This document shows positions 15,001 to 28,129 of a stretch of 64,000 bases of DNA, piece after piece. Below the pieces are notes generated by a model. The model was given only the letters and a program-made list of their open reading frames with translations. It was not told the DNA's origin and did not search any database. Numbering within the stretch: the stretch's first letter is position 1; the number at the start of each line of letters is the position of its first letter. A program made the translations under genes and the position numbers. Location of the stretch: contig CM082594.2 of the NCBI GenBank assembly GCA_040954595.2, positions 4,449,319 to 4,513,318 of the forward strand. The letters run 5' to 3'. This DNA comes from Balanoglossus misakiensis. Its lineage: Eukaryota; Animalia; Hemichordata.

Positions 15001-17339
15001 CTGGCAGACATGCAAATATAACTTTAGTTGCGGCCAGTTTCGCCACAACACTGTGTAGTAAGAGAATGACGTCATTCTAATACGACCCTCTTATTTGATG
15101 GGATTTCGCAACATTTCTTTTGCATTATTTCGATATTTTTGCACCTCTAGGTTTTTATTTTGGTGTCAATTATTAATCTTCGGGGTTGGCAGATACGACC
15201 AGTTCAGTATCAGAACTCACAAAGTCGTCACTCAGCCCAAACTCTGTATATTGTGTAGTTTTGTAATAACAAGAAAACACAGAAAACTTTGTCTCGACGA
15301 GAACGAGAGTTCGTTATGTTCGTGACAATTGCGAGACTGTGACAATATCGACGCCCACAGATTCGCGTGACAGTTGACTGAGTTGTCTGTCGGGAGAATG
15401 ATCCCAGAGATTAACTCGTGGATGACCTCGTCATCTAAACCAACAGCTGGGGTCTGGGCCTTGTTCGGCGACGGATAAAATTAGCTGGCACTCGGCGCGG
15501 CCTCGGGCATTCGGCGCGGCGCGGCCAATCACTGGTGAAAAGTCAACCTCGGCTAAACCCCTCGCCATTTTGTGAAATTGACATCAACCGTTGAATATCA
15601 TGTATGGGAAAAATAAACTACTACATTTCATTTATATTAGACTGTTTTTTAATGATCACCTTTATGTTATTTAAATGTTAAAATCACATGATTCACCATT
15701 CACGTTCTGCCTATTGGTTTATTTTGAGTTACACCGGCTATCATAGATTTATGTATACCGCGCACGCAGTCATAAACTGTTAATCCTTAAACGATATAAT
15801 TTCTGGTATGTCTTAAGCATTGTTTTATTTTTGTTATAATTATGCATCATTCTAATCGCGGCAAAATATAGCAACGTTTAGTAGATTAAGGATTTACAAA
15901 AACATCTAAAAATGCAGAATTGTGCCCCATTCATGATATCGACCAAATGTTATATGTACATATATGTACATACATGGTAGGCCAGTAGACAGTGATATAA
16001 TTGTTTGTCTCTTCATGGAATTCGACCGTCGTGAACTACTCGTAGTCGGGCCGCTCTACCAATACCAGAAACCAACGCCGCATTTCTGACCCCGTTTGCA
16101 AGTCACTGACCCGCCGTGGTTTATGTTTAGCAGGCAGGCCTTATGAAATGCGAGAGACGTGTACTTGACACCCTCGCGAACTTGAGCTCGGAATGCGCAG
16201 TGATGAAAGAAGACATAACCGTATCGTTCTAGGTAATCGAGACGATCTACAGGCGCGGGACGGGCAGCGAGATCCGCCGCGCCCCAACGGGAAGGCCAGA
16301 AAAAATATGTCGTTATTCGAAACTTGCTGGGGTACACGTCATTCCATGCCCGTTTGAAATAACTCGCCGACCAGGGTTATTTTTATCTCCGTGGTGTGGT
16401 GGCGGCGGTGGTATACGTGGTGGATATTTGTATTGTTTGGTCTTGTCAATACTTTTGTACATAATGCACATAACAATCTGTTGTGTAGAAATGGAAAACT
16501 ATTGAATTATTCTCCATATATGGATTTGACATATCAATTACAATTCAACACTAACGGTTACATTTAATTTTCCTGACAAAGTTTCAACAACGTTTAGTGA
16601 CTCGTGAGACGGATCATCGTTATGAATTGCTATTAAAAGATCGGATACCGCCATAATGATACAGCACTAATACATTCATCGGTCTGTGTATACTTTGTTT
16701 ATTTACATGTTGTATGCTGCAATATGTCGTGTTTATTTATTCGGATGTTACAATTGTTATACCAGACAAAAACAAACATTGGCGCATTTTCAAAACAAGT
16801 CCCGCTCTAGTCTCATCGGTATTTCGGCGATCAAAATTTATCAAGAGACATCATTATGTTGAGATAAATTTGCATAGTTTTACGAAAACATTTTTGTCAG
16901 TTTTGTTGCATGTATTTTATACCGGGACAAACGTATATCCCTGAAAAATAAACAGTTTACCTTCAACGGACCACGGAGCAAATATCACACACGTAACGAT
17001 CGCCCTGGTATATATTAGGAATTCAGATGTACATATTTTGTCGTCTTTGTGATTTAAGCGGCATATCTATTTTGACGTTTAGAAATTTCAAGCACGATAT
17101 GCAAGTGACACCCTTATAGAGCAAAATTCTATTTTGAAAAAAAGTACACTGTGTGATTATGCTCCATTTGAAATGTCGTGAGTTTGCACAACTTTTAGCG
17201 GACGTGCAAAGATGGAAACCGGGGTCTGGGATCAAAGTTAGAATAGATGCAAAATTTCACTCACCGTGGTGTATATTCCGGTCAAAATACTCCCATTTCG
17301 GAGGTTGAGACAACAGCAACAGTTCTTGAGAATCGCCAT
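12021..17339 (-). CDS. Four-transmembrane LAPTM4/DUF4728-like protein, 7 coding exons, 173 aa
   Basis: Exons (all GT-AG, phases consistent): 17339-17265, 14858-14795, 14294-14209, 13908-13816, 13127-13065, 12590-12513, 12083-12021. Protein: MAILKNCCCCLNLRNGSILTGIYTT-ILASVYLLIAISTLVGSGNQE-GVIVSTIIRLLLYLGLLIVSIILIVGALK-DKMGFYIPWLIFMPIYIIFQLITLIVMVIYG-GINSWFSVLNIILFILFTIFN-IYCFLCVLSQYQELKEGRGTADYYAQ-LRAAQGRPVVVTTTTSTQKA*. The N-terminal CCCC-LR-G, GALK...PW and CVxSxYQEL motifs are typical of LAPTM/DUF4728 4-TM proteins. Confidence 0.85.
13448..13799. mobile_element. Palindromic MITE with TTAA ends (Kolobok-like), degenerate
   Basis: The whole ~350 bp is an imperfect inverted repeat (e.g. aaccacacacaacttccatccc / gggatggaagttgtgtgtggtt; caaaatgaataa / ttattcattttg), bounded by TTAAAG...CTTTAA. 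It lies in intron 4 of the 4-TM gene. Confidence 0.75.
14092..14146. repeat. (GGTC/GGTT)n microsatellite
   Basis: Direct reading of the sequence. Confidence 0.9.
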
Positions 17340-19951
17340 GTTGAAAGTCGAACAGGTGAGAAACGCTGCAACTTATCTTTTTAACGGATAATTGGGACTC
17401 GGATCATGCAACCAGGGCCGAGAAAAAAAGACAATGTTTTAATTTCAGCTCGGGTGACCGCGCTACCCTGAATAGCCCCTGAGTTGCTGTTCCAATAAGC
17501 ATCACTACCGACCGTTCCGTCCGGTATGACCCACCCTATCTTTCATCTGTTCAGTTCAATATGTTTTTAATAGTACAAGGTGTAAAATCGGTGACTTTTT
17601 ACATGGTGCATGCACAATATTTTTATGTTGTGATATCATTTTTATTAATGTCAACAAAAATGTAACCGTTACAGACAGCAATATGGCGTCAGACCGCTTT
17701 AGACTAATTTCCCTACCTGCCTGTTGCCGGTAAAATTTCAGACGCCCACTTTCAACACGCCCAAAATAAACGTCATAGAGGGTGAATGGCCAGCAGTGAT
17801 CAGTTTGTGAATGTTGATAGAAATTAACGAATATGTATCGCGTTCTCTGTTTTGGTCGTGTCGTGCCGTCCTAACATGTGTAACTGGTTTCTTATGATCA
17901 TTATACTGTAAAACATAAACGATAATCTGTTCATCTTTAAGCGTGACTGAAGCAACAATTTTTCAAAGCATCAGAAAATAGACCGACTTTGCGGTCAATA
18001 AAATGAAAACAAGAGCAGTTTTGAAAACTAGAGTATGCGCTCCAAACAGACCAATTTCGCTCGTTAAATTTTAAATTCCAGACAGATGGCCTAAAACTCG
18101 CCAAAGATGTGAAAATAGCACGGCATCAGGAGTGTAACATTTTAATACTCGTTGCACGTTTCGGTGATTTTAATTCCCAACTTAATCGCTGGTTATATAT
18201 AAACACTTGCAGGCGGTAAATAGTACGATGACACCAACTTTGGGTGCGACCGCACTTTGAAGGACAGTGTGTAAAAATATCCTGAGCTTTTTGAGTTCAA
18301 TTACCCGAAATCATGTCGCGAGACCCACCCGCATCCGCTGTTGAGATGAGTGGCACTAAGCTTTCTGTCACGCCCATCTTGTTAGTTTTGTGGAGTGTTG
18401 AGGTCATGAGTGAGGTCACGAGGCAAGGAGTTAGTGTAATCCTCGGAATATTACTGGTATCGTGTGGTATAAGTTGCGAGTATTATCTTAGCAAGACTAC
18501 TAGTATGGCACGCCATTTGCAATTTTGGGAGTCCATAGCCTTATCAATTATGGACGAACGGGGGGGGGGGGGGGCAAAATGTAGTCTGAGATACACGAGA
18601 AGTGCTGTATTTGCTAACGACATCTTCATTTGTTTTTGTGAGATGAAATATAGAGTGTCCATCAAAGGGTGTTGCGGTTTTATTATGTTTCTCATAAAGA
18701 GCGCAGTGGTTTCACGCATGCGTCGGTCGACGGCCAGGGAGATGTGTTGAAGTCCTGGTATGCATGCATTGGCTGGGAGGGTTGTTAACTGAGGCTTGCA
18801 GTGTTACTATATACGAGAACGTTCAGCTGTGCTGGTACATCATTTTCGATTTCACAGTATCTGATGCCACATTGTTTTTGCGTCACGGCTTGGTTCGAAC
18901 TTGTGGTGAGATAATCAAAGAGCGTTTTCTTTTCCAAGGAAAGACATAGACTCTTGACGTCACAAGTAACAGGATCTTCATTTTATGTAAACTTTCAGCT
19001 CAGTTGCGCGCAGTACATTTCACAGTTGGTGTTACATTTCGTTGCAAAATCAGATTTCATTCATCCATAAAGCATTTCGTAGCTCATCCGTTCAGAAGTT
19101 ACTTGAACTGAGTTTCACGACTCGTGACCAATTTAACATTTATCTTGTGGTAAAATTTACTGGATATAAAAGCAGGCCGCATTGGTAGAATTGACAATTT
19201 CGCTGAACCGTATTTGTTTCCAATAATACTCCGAATATGATTCTGTATGTGACGTAAAGTATAGGTCATTGGGGTCACGTGCGTAATTGATATACAATGT
19301 AGTAATCGCGAAGAGAGGGCATGCGCAGGTAGTATCTGTTAGTGCATAAAATGGGTGGAGTAGCTTTTGCTATTTTTACGCAGTGTATTTTTACTCGTTA
19401 TTGGCCTGTTTCCCTAAATTTCAGTATACGTACATTTGAGATTAACCATGAAATGCGTTTTGGGAAATTTTTATCACAGTCCGTCCACACACTTTAAACA
19501 CAATCTTAGCACAATTAAATATGTTCTATCTAAACAAAAGTAAGTCGATATGTTCACATGCTCAAGCTATTAGGGTTAAAAAATTGTGAATTGCGCGGGT
19601 CAATAAAATAATGAAAAATAAAGAGATTGTTAAAGAGCCTTGTCAAAATATCACAGTATGTTATAATGTGGTATAATGTCACAGTGGTATAATGTGATAT
19701 AATGTAATATGTAATGACAGAGAAAGGAACGCATATAAGGAACCGCGGGGAAAAATGACACTCTATAGTTAGGTTGTAATAGTTTATTGTAATAGCTTGA
19801 AAATTTAGAAATGCATAGCATTATAAGACGACTGTAAAGTATATGATACATTTTCACACTCAGATTTGTTGAATGCATTGTGTGTAGCACCTGACGGGCT
19901 TCCCGCCACTGAAAACCTAGGTCTGACACCCCCTGGAGACCCGTTGTCTGT

Positions 19952-22900
19952 TCACAGAACGTTGCATTTCAGTCCCCAGCAACATGTAAGAGGGTAGTCC
20001 GGGGCGTGCACCTTCCTTTCATCGCCATAGACCCAAAAATGACCAATGACACCGCGCCACGAGTAACTGACTTCGGTCACCGACACTTCGCGCACAAGTT
20101 GACGCTGAAAGAAATGACACACTTTTAGACTAAAATTATTTCAGGAGTTGTTGCACCTTGGTATAGTATTGATTGTTGAAATCGCTATGGAAACAACTAC
20201 AAACAGTACATGTATTATATAACACGCCGGCATCGTAACGAGACAGAAATTGTCGTCCATACTTATTGTACTTTGGGCCGGAAGGTGATAGTGGTTCGTC
20301 CACATCGAAATATCAAGTCTGTCGTTCAAACTACCACTTGCAGAAAGCGCGCAAGTTAAATTTTTACGTACCTGTTGCAATATCCTTTCTGTCGGCCACG
20401 CTATTCTGTGTTTCTCGACGAGGTTTTTGGACGCTTCGTTGATCTTTGGCGTCAAACTCTTGGTTAACGGAGCAACCTGTAACGGCACGTGATAATAAAA
20501 ATGGCAGATCCTGGGAGTATGTGAAGTGTGAAACAAAGTACCAAAAAGCGATGCACGAATAATACATTCTAAAAGTATGGGGTGTATGACCAACCAGTGA
20601 ACAGCCATTCCACGAAAATCTGTAGTTTAACAGGTTTTGACCCATTCGCATTTTATCGATAAAAAGCATATTCTAAATTAGCTGTAAATTAAACTACGCA
20701 CGCGAGTAGCTGTATGTTCCATTACTATGGTCCCGGTGGCGTCATTAACAAGGTTCTTGGGTAGGCTCGACTTCTTCACATCGAAGCTGTCTTTATGATT
20801 TATGCTGTAAAAACAATTAAGAAAAGCAATGAGAGTTAACAAATGCATGTACATGTATTTTGATTTCGAAACAACAAATTCCAATCCGAAGTTCCAAGTG
20901 CAAGGAAGAACTGATACTGTACTGCAAACGTCTACTTACTAGTTGACAATGACCTTGATGAAGCATTTAATCTGACGCCGGCCGTTGCAGGTGTCGCAGT
21001 TGATGCGTCCACCACCTTGACATTCAAGACACCTTTATTGAATGAAGAATGGACATGAGAGAGCTGTGTATGGCACAGGGTCCGTGCAAGTGAACCTTTA
21101 ACATTTAAACGTCGTTTTTTTTCTTTAATGCAATAGGGCATAAGTGTATTGACCAATTCGAGTTGTACACTATAATTTAACTCGTGAACTCCCATGTATT
21201 TAACATGGCAGAAGTCCGCCATCTTGACATGCTGACCACATGTGATTTTTATCACTCACCTAGGTAGCAAAAACCTATTTAAGGTAGTGAGAATTGCCTT
21301 ACCCAAGATACCCGTGGCCAGCACACTCGTCGCATGTCTCCAGATTGTCGTACCCTCTGCGTTGTGTCTCTGTGTACCCAATGCCGTCACAGCTTTCGCA
21401 CCGGATCTGTGTTACATTAACAAATACAAAATACGTCTTGACTGTCATATTATGAATTTGAATTCAAGAACACGAGCGTATCACCACCACCACCACCATC
21501 ATTATGTTTATTCTTTGTCTCTGGCATTTCATACCTTTCCTTGTCCATTGCAATCAGCACATGGTGTAACACCCATACCGTGGCAGCGGTAACAGTCCTG
21601 GAACGGAAAAGTCAAACCCACCACTGCAATAATGATTTATTTTCAGCAGTTTATTAATAGAGTTTTATTCATTTAGCACATGGCACAAACCTTACTGGCA
21701 TGTCAGATCAGTCAAATTATTTGACCTGCCATCCCCAGTTGACCGGGGTCGCCATTTCACTTTATATCTTCCTGTGCATTTATAATAATACGGACGTATT
21801 TGGGTGCTTACATGGATGGATGACGTATGCGGCACGTCGAGCTCTTTCTGGTGCGTGTGGAACTGGCTGTCCGGTTGGCACGGCAGTTCCCATGGCAGCG
21901 GGGCCACGCCCATCACCGGGCTGTCGACGAACCCGCCGTAGTGGGGCAGACATGCGTGGACAGCCGAGCGTGTCTCGGTGAAGGTTTCGAGTTCATACTG
22001 CAAGAGATTGACATTCCGACCGATTAACGAGAACGCCTGTAAAACGTTTTTATAATATACAGAGTTCTGGTTGATTCTAAATGTAACAAAGTCGCTCACT
22101 TTTGACATAATTTTGCTTATTTTGGTTCCTTTCTAACACACCATGTAGCGAACCCTCGATCGTGATTCGTCAATACGCCGTCACATGACCTTAGTCATTT
22201 CGAACTGTTCCCTAGGGCATCATTTCGATCGGTTTCTGCCCGGTACTGTTGCCCCGTCTTGATATAATTCCGTGTTTGGTGTGTTACAAAACACATGACA
22301 ACTGGCATATTCGGGCAACAGTGTATTTTTGATGACCTCGGGACTGCCAGTCACACCAAAACAGTCTGTTTTCCTATGCCCTCGGGAAAACAAGACTGTT
22401 TTAGTTGTGACTAACAGTGCCCTCGGTCATCAACATACACTGTTGCCCTCATTGTCAGTCATCATGTGTATATTAATCTGTTCACTCATACTCTGTGACC
22501 AGTTGTCAGAACTCAACTCACGCCCTGTATATGGTCATAAGCCTAACATCTGCTGAGAAACAATTTCTGATATTGACCGAAAATTAAATGCTGAGAACGA
22601 TATAACCCGGCCTTACATGAACAGAACTTGTCGTCTGCATGTCTTTTATTTCCATGTCCGTCGCCGCCTCGCTACCATAGCAACGGTGCTCACTGACGTA
22701 ACGCAGCAATGCATCCTGGGCTTCGTCTTCGGTTATCTCAGTTTGACTGGTGGTGGAAAACAGGATCATATCAGGGTTCATAAGAATTTATGGACGTGAG
22801 ATATAGTTTATGGTATACGCCACAGGTCGCGGCGTACTGGTTTATAATGTCAAAAAGGCAGTAGTCCGGCGTATGTCTTGTACTTAGTGTTCAAGTTGTT

Positions 22901-25900
22901 GTCATAAAATGCATTCGCTTTAGAAGTGGATATCTTCGCCGGAAAAAGTCCCGATGGGAAGGTCAAAGTTCATGCTCACTCTACTCATAAGGCGCGCAGT
23001 CGAAACGTATGAACATGTTTAAGAAACATAACACCACATGCATTTAATATGAGGAGAACCATTTGATTTCTGGGGGTGGGATTTGTCTGGTATGTCAGCA
23101 AATTTCTTTTCAGCCACTGTTACAGCACATTTACTGTTGCTGTTTGTGGTTACAGCAAATGTTTCATTCGGTTACCAGTCCACTTTTTGTCTCTCCTCGG
23201 CACCATCTACCAACCTCCATCCACCCCCTCTAGTTAAATGGTACTCCCCCTAACTGAAGCTCGGGGTAGCATTCTCTTCGTATGTATACTCCGTTGTTTT
23301 ATAACGGAATGCTCTTGGGTAGGAAAATCTTACAGGAACAAGCTGTTCAGATCTGGCGAAATTGGATATCCGATGCCCAGAGCCCACATCTGTCGGTTAC
23401 ATTCGAATTCGGCCGGAGAATTTGGTCCAGGGGGTTCACATTTCGTCACATACCGGTACACTCAGGGTCTTAGCTGTCTAAAACGCTATATAAACATTCG
23501 CCTCCTTGTCGAGTAATCTTCCGCTTTTACCTAAGGCTGCATTCACAAACACCTCTGGAGGGGGGGGCAGGAGAATTGAGGGGGGGGATTTGAAAAAATT
23601 GAGGGTATGTAAGGGGGGGGATTTGAAATAATTTAGGGACTGAAAGGGGGGGGACTTGAAAACTTTAACGACTAAATATTTATTTTGAGTCCACAAAAAT
23701 GCAGTTTCGCGCCCTTTATTTTACCCCCTCCCACACCCACCCCCTCCATTCATCAACACCTTTCAATCATTGACTGGTTTATCTAGTGTCCCAGGTCAGG
23801 GGACTTGCCCCACCCCATGATAACTTTGAGCGGCGATGGTTAAATTTGTCCTCCCCAACATACCGGTAGTTGAGTTAATTTGCTTTTGCCGGGTTCATTA
23901 AAATGCAACTTTGAGCTCTGTATTTTAGAAAATTTTCTTACGTGGGAGGGGGACACCCCCTCCCAAACCCACCCCCTTCAATTCTCGGTTTACAATGTCT
24001 CCCAACACAGAATACAAATATATGTACTTAAAAAATAAAAACAATGTTCAGTTTTAATTAATACCCACTGATGAGGGGAAACATCAGTTTCAAATTCTTT
24101 TCATGGGAGCGCTGTTTTTCTTTTTACAAGATAGATAGGTGATGTGTTTTGCTCTGTGAAAGAAAATGGGGGGGGGATTTCAAAATTTTGGCAGTTCGGA
24201 AGGGGGGGATTTGAAAATATTGGCAGTTCGGAAGGGGGGCATGTGAAAATTAGCGGTAAAAAAAATTGAATTCTCCCGCCCCCCCCTCCAGAGGTGTTTG
24301 TGAATGCAGCCTAAAAGCATTTGTGTTATTTGATACTGCATCGTTCACTAAGAATCAGGATTGATCTGAGCGACTGGTGTGTGTTTTTTTACATCTACTC
24401 ACGTCAAATACACTTCTGCCGGTTCGTCCACTTTTGCGGGGTCCTCCGTTGGTGGCGCCGTACATTTTGGCGAGTTGATTTCGGTGAGGTCGTAGCCAGC
24501 GATCGGCTCCAGCCTGAGAGGGGCGGCGACGGTGTTGTCGACAGCGCCCCCGTCAGACATAGAGCCGTCGTCCATCTCCTCGGGGATTTCCCAAGCTGTG
24601 TTAAATAAAACAGACAGATGCAATGAGTCCTTACTTATGTAACAGGCAATGTTATTGCAGTACATGTACATTACTTCCACAATGCATGGTTCTTGTATTG
24701 AACAACGCCACCAAGGAATAATATCGAAGTTACCCTCGTTTGATCAGTGTTCATACCTCACGGGGCGCGAGCAATTACGAATGCCGCTAGCATAGTGAAC
24801 AATTTTAATGGCTGAATTTGAAAAATTAAATACCCAAATTTACATTTTAGCATTATGCATTAAATTTCGATTAACAGCAAAACGCGCTTCAAAACAGATA
24901 TGAAAGACGCATTATATTTTTACAAACCCTGTGAAACTAGACTACCGTCAAAAATCCCACATGGTGATCTATGAATAGATTCATTGTGTAAATAATATAA
25001 TCTCAAGGGCGACTATACAAAAACACATATTAAAATCAGACGGTGAAACTAATATGGCAAACGCAAAAAGACGCCGGATAAAAAATTTAAAAAAGTTAAA
25101 ATAATGCAATGTAAATAGCAGAAATTTTAAAAATCAAAATGAAAAATAATGAAATAAAACTAACAAGGGCCTATTTTTCGCAAGGAAAATGCAGACGGCG
25201 AAAACAGACCGTCAAGAAGGGTGGTCTGAAAGTATCCAGATTGTTGTTGAGAATCACAGGTTGCAGATTCGTGCAGTTACTGCGTGCCTTCAATGATAAG
25301 GCCGACCAGAATATAATTGACAAAATCTTTAAAGTTGTTAATAAAGACGACTCAAAAACCGACGTTCTAAGAAAATAGCCAAAACCATCGTATTTTGTCT
25401 AGGCTTCCAATATCATTTCAGGGAGCTTTATATCAGTTAGTATACCTTGATAGATTTCTCTGATTTCGATTTCGCGTGATGGATTGTCAGTCTTTGTTTC
25501 GCCTATATTTATATACAGTATCACTCGTGCATGGCAGTCTATCAACATATGTGTACCAAGGCTGTTACATAGTTCCTAAATAACCCAAGATTATTCCTGA
25601 CAGGGACCATCGCATCTGCAACAGTACTGCGTCCAAACATTTTTAAAATACAATGTAGGCTGAATTTTCCCCATTTGGCATAGTGTATGCTACCTGTCGT
25701 AAGGGTTAAAAATAACGTTTGTAGAGACGTTTTCATAGGCAGGTGCTTGACCTACGAACAAGACTAGAAGAACGGCTAGCTATAAGGTGTGATTTTTTTC
25801 CTATTTCGTCAACATCGATTATAAAGTTTGAAACATACGTTTTCTAGTTATCGCCGCTGCGTCCACGAAGATAACCTGGGCTGAATCCGACGCACTCTTT

Positions 25901-26034
25901 TCGCTTCGCCTTCCCCTTCTGTTGAACAGCGCAGAGGTCGTCCTTTCCTGATCTTGGGTGGACTCGCTGTCCGTATTACACTCCTCATATGGCGTGCCGC
26001 GATATCCCGTCGTGCACCTCGGCAACTTTCTCAT
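19952..26034 (-). CDS. SSUH2: SSUH2 homolog A (DnaJ-type zinc-finger repeats, C-terminal CaaX), about 441 aa
   Basis: Coding exons: 26034-25839 (start least certain), 24595-24403, 22746-22617, 21997-21812, 21597-21535, 21406-21303, 21032-20940, 20804-20702, 20476-20372, 20104-19952. SSUH2 motifs: ITEDEAQDALLRYVSEHRCYGS, YELETFTETRS, VPHTSS, six CxxCxGxG-like repeats, FWVYGDERKVHAPDYP, end CCWGLKCNVL*. Probable upstream exon ends at 26936 (donor GTGAGT). Confidence 0.88.
23051..23252. mobile_element. Possible degenerate short MITE
   Basis: Imperfect terminal inverted repeats gaggagaaccatttgatttctgggggtgg / ccaccccctctagttaaatggtactccccc. Confidence 0.35.
23535..24311. mobile_element. PIF/Harbinger-type MITE
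   Basis: About 40-bp terminal inverted repeats (GGCTGCATTCACAAACACCTCTGGAGGGGGGG... / ...CCCCCCCTCCAGAGGTGTTTGTGAATGCAGCC) flanked by a TAA duplication (23532-23534, 24312-24314). Internal subterminal repeats of GGGGGGGATTTGAAA. Confidence 0.85.
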
Positions 26035-27190
26035 CGGGTGGTGATTCTGGACACAGATTGCGCGTAAAGGAAAATTACTTTTTGGTATCAAATCAAACGG
26101 TACTACAAGTCATGTTTGCAAAAAACAAACCAACAACAACCGACCATATGCTGAATTTATTAAATTAGTTACATGCAATTGTAATGCAACTACATGTACT
26201 CTCAATGATGTAATATATGCTAATTCGTCAACGCTTACACTTTGTGCTGAATCATGATATTAAGTCGCGTGTGTCTGATCAAGTTCATCGCGTATACGCA
26301 TTCGCATCTCCGTCCACTGCGCCGCAATCAAATATGCAAATTAGTTGTCGGAGATGAAACGGTATTGCAGCATACATAACATAGGCACGGCGATGGATGC
26401 ATATTTATAACTTGTAAAGTGCGGTGGTTGGGATATTGGAAGGACTGACGGCAGCAGGGTCGGTTACCCCAATTGTCAAACAATATGTAGGGTTTTTTGT
26501 TGTTCATGACAAAGTATAAGGAAATAACATAAAAAGCCATCAGAGACTTGATTGGGCTGATCGGTCCAAAGTCAGTACAGTGAACTATTTTTGTTCGAGT
26601 GTCCCAGTATAGTGGTTGTATAATCTGTCTAATTCAGACCGTCGATATTCGAAAGCCCATTTTCAAAGCGGTAATTACTCGTCCTCCGATGCAAACACAC
26701 ATAAAAGACTCCGACACCGATACGTCAAAATCACCCCGTCGCCGCCCCGTCCCACGGAATGAAATATAGAACGGAGAACAATAATTTTATTAACGGCAGT
26801 AAACCAAAATTTGATCGGTATAACGTGGGTGTGTGGCTGTTCTCTGAATCAATATAAATAATTAATTTCTGATGTACTGTGTTTGATGTTATACCATTAC
26901 ATTGTACATGTATATAACCGTGAAATCACACTCACCTGTTAGCCATGGGGTCGGGATGTCGAATTACCGAGCATCATAAGCCAACCGGGTGTGTCGAGGC
27001 CTCAAAAAACACATATGCTTTTAACTGATCCGTGTAAATATGGATGAAGCAGGTCAGAGGTCACTTCTCCCTGTACCAGCATCTGACGTTTATGTCATCA
27101 GTCATATGCCGGGTGTCACGATTTGAATATTATTAATTCATTATAGTCGCGGTGTTTGTTGTGTGCATGATATTGCAACCCGTGTCTAGT

Positions 27191-27322
<132 letters not shown>

Positions 27323-28129
27323 GGAGAGAGTCAATATCAATATGTGTTCTGTCACACAAGGGCATTTATATTCCCATTTCTGGTATTAATGATTTTATTT
27401 TATTGTGACAAGTGTCTTAGTAACACGTTTATGAAATATTACGACACACATGAACTATAACTTGAGTTTTTAAAAAAACTCCACGTCATAAAAGTGCAAT
27501 TAATATTTTAGTGGATTTCTGTACAATGTCACATACTGTGTGGCCTGACTAATACATCAAACCATTGAACAAAACAAACTGATGCAAATCGCAGGTCGTC
27601 ATTATTGTTTCGAAATATTAAGTACGCTACTTATTTTAAAAGTCATTCGACGTAAATGACCATTCCATCGAAGAAACACAACCAAGACATATTTTAGTAA
27701 AAAATGAGAAAGTGCAGCAATATTCCTAAAGTCGTGATCCGCCATCCTGGTTATAAAACGGTTATAATTTTCACGCACCTGGCCTTACTCATTAAGGCCT
27801 ATAATAATTTCGAAAAGAAATCATTTTTTTCTTATATAAGCTCTATTGGTCCGTCTTATTTTGTTTTGTTGCAAAAAAAATAGTTTTTGACACATACTAA
27901 GAGAGCGGTAGATATTTTCCAGATCCTGGAAATGATTACATCTAGTGCGATATATTAAAAAAATAAGCATTTCGCCAACTTTTCTATCTATGCTGCGGAT
28001 GTGGTAAACCTATACCGGCATTCTCTGCCTGCAGACATTTTAAACAATGCTAGGATTTTTCTTGGCACAAACGTCAACGTTTTGCAAGCTTTGGCAGGCC
28101 CATCGTCGTCCGTTGACGGCGATCGTGTA

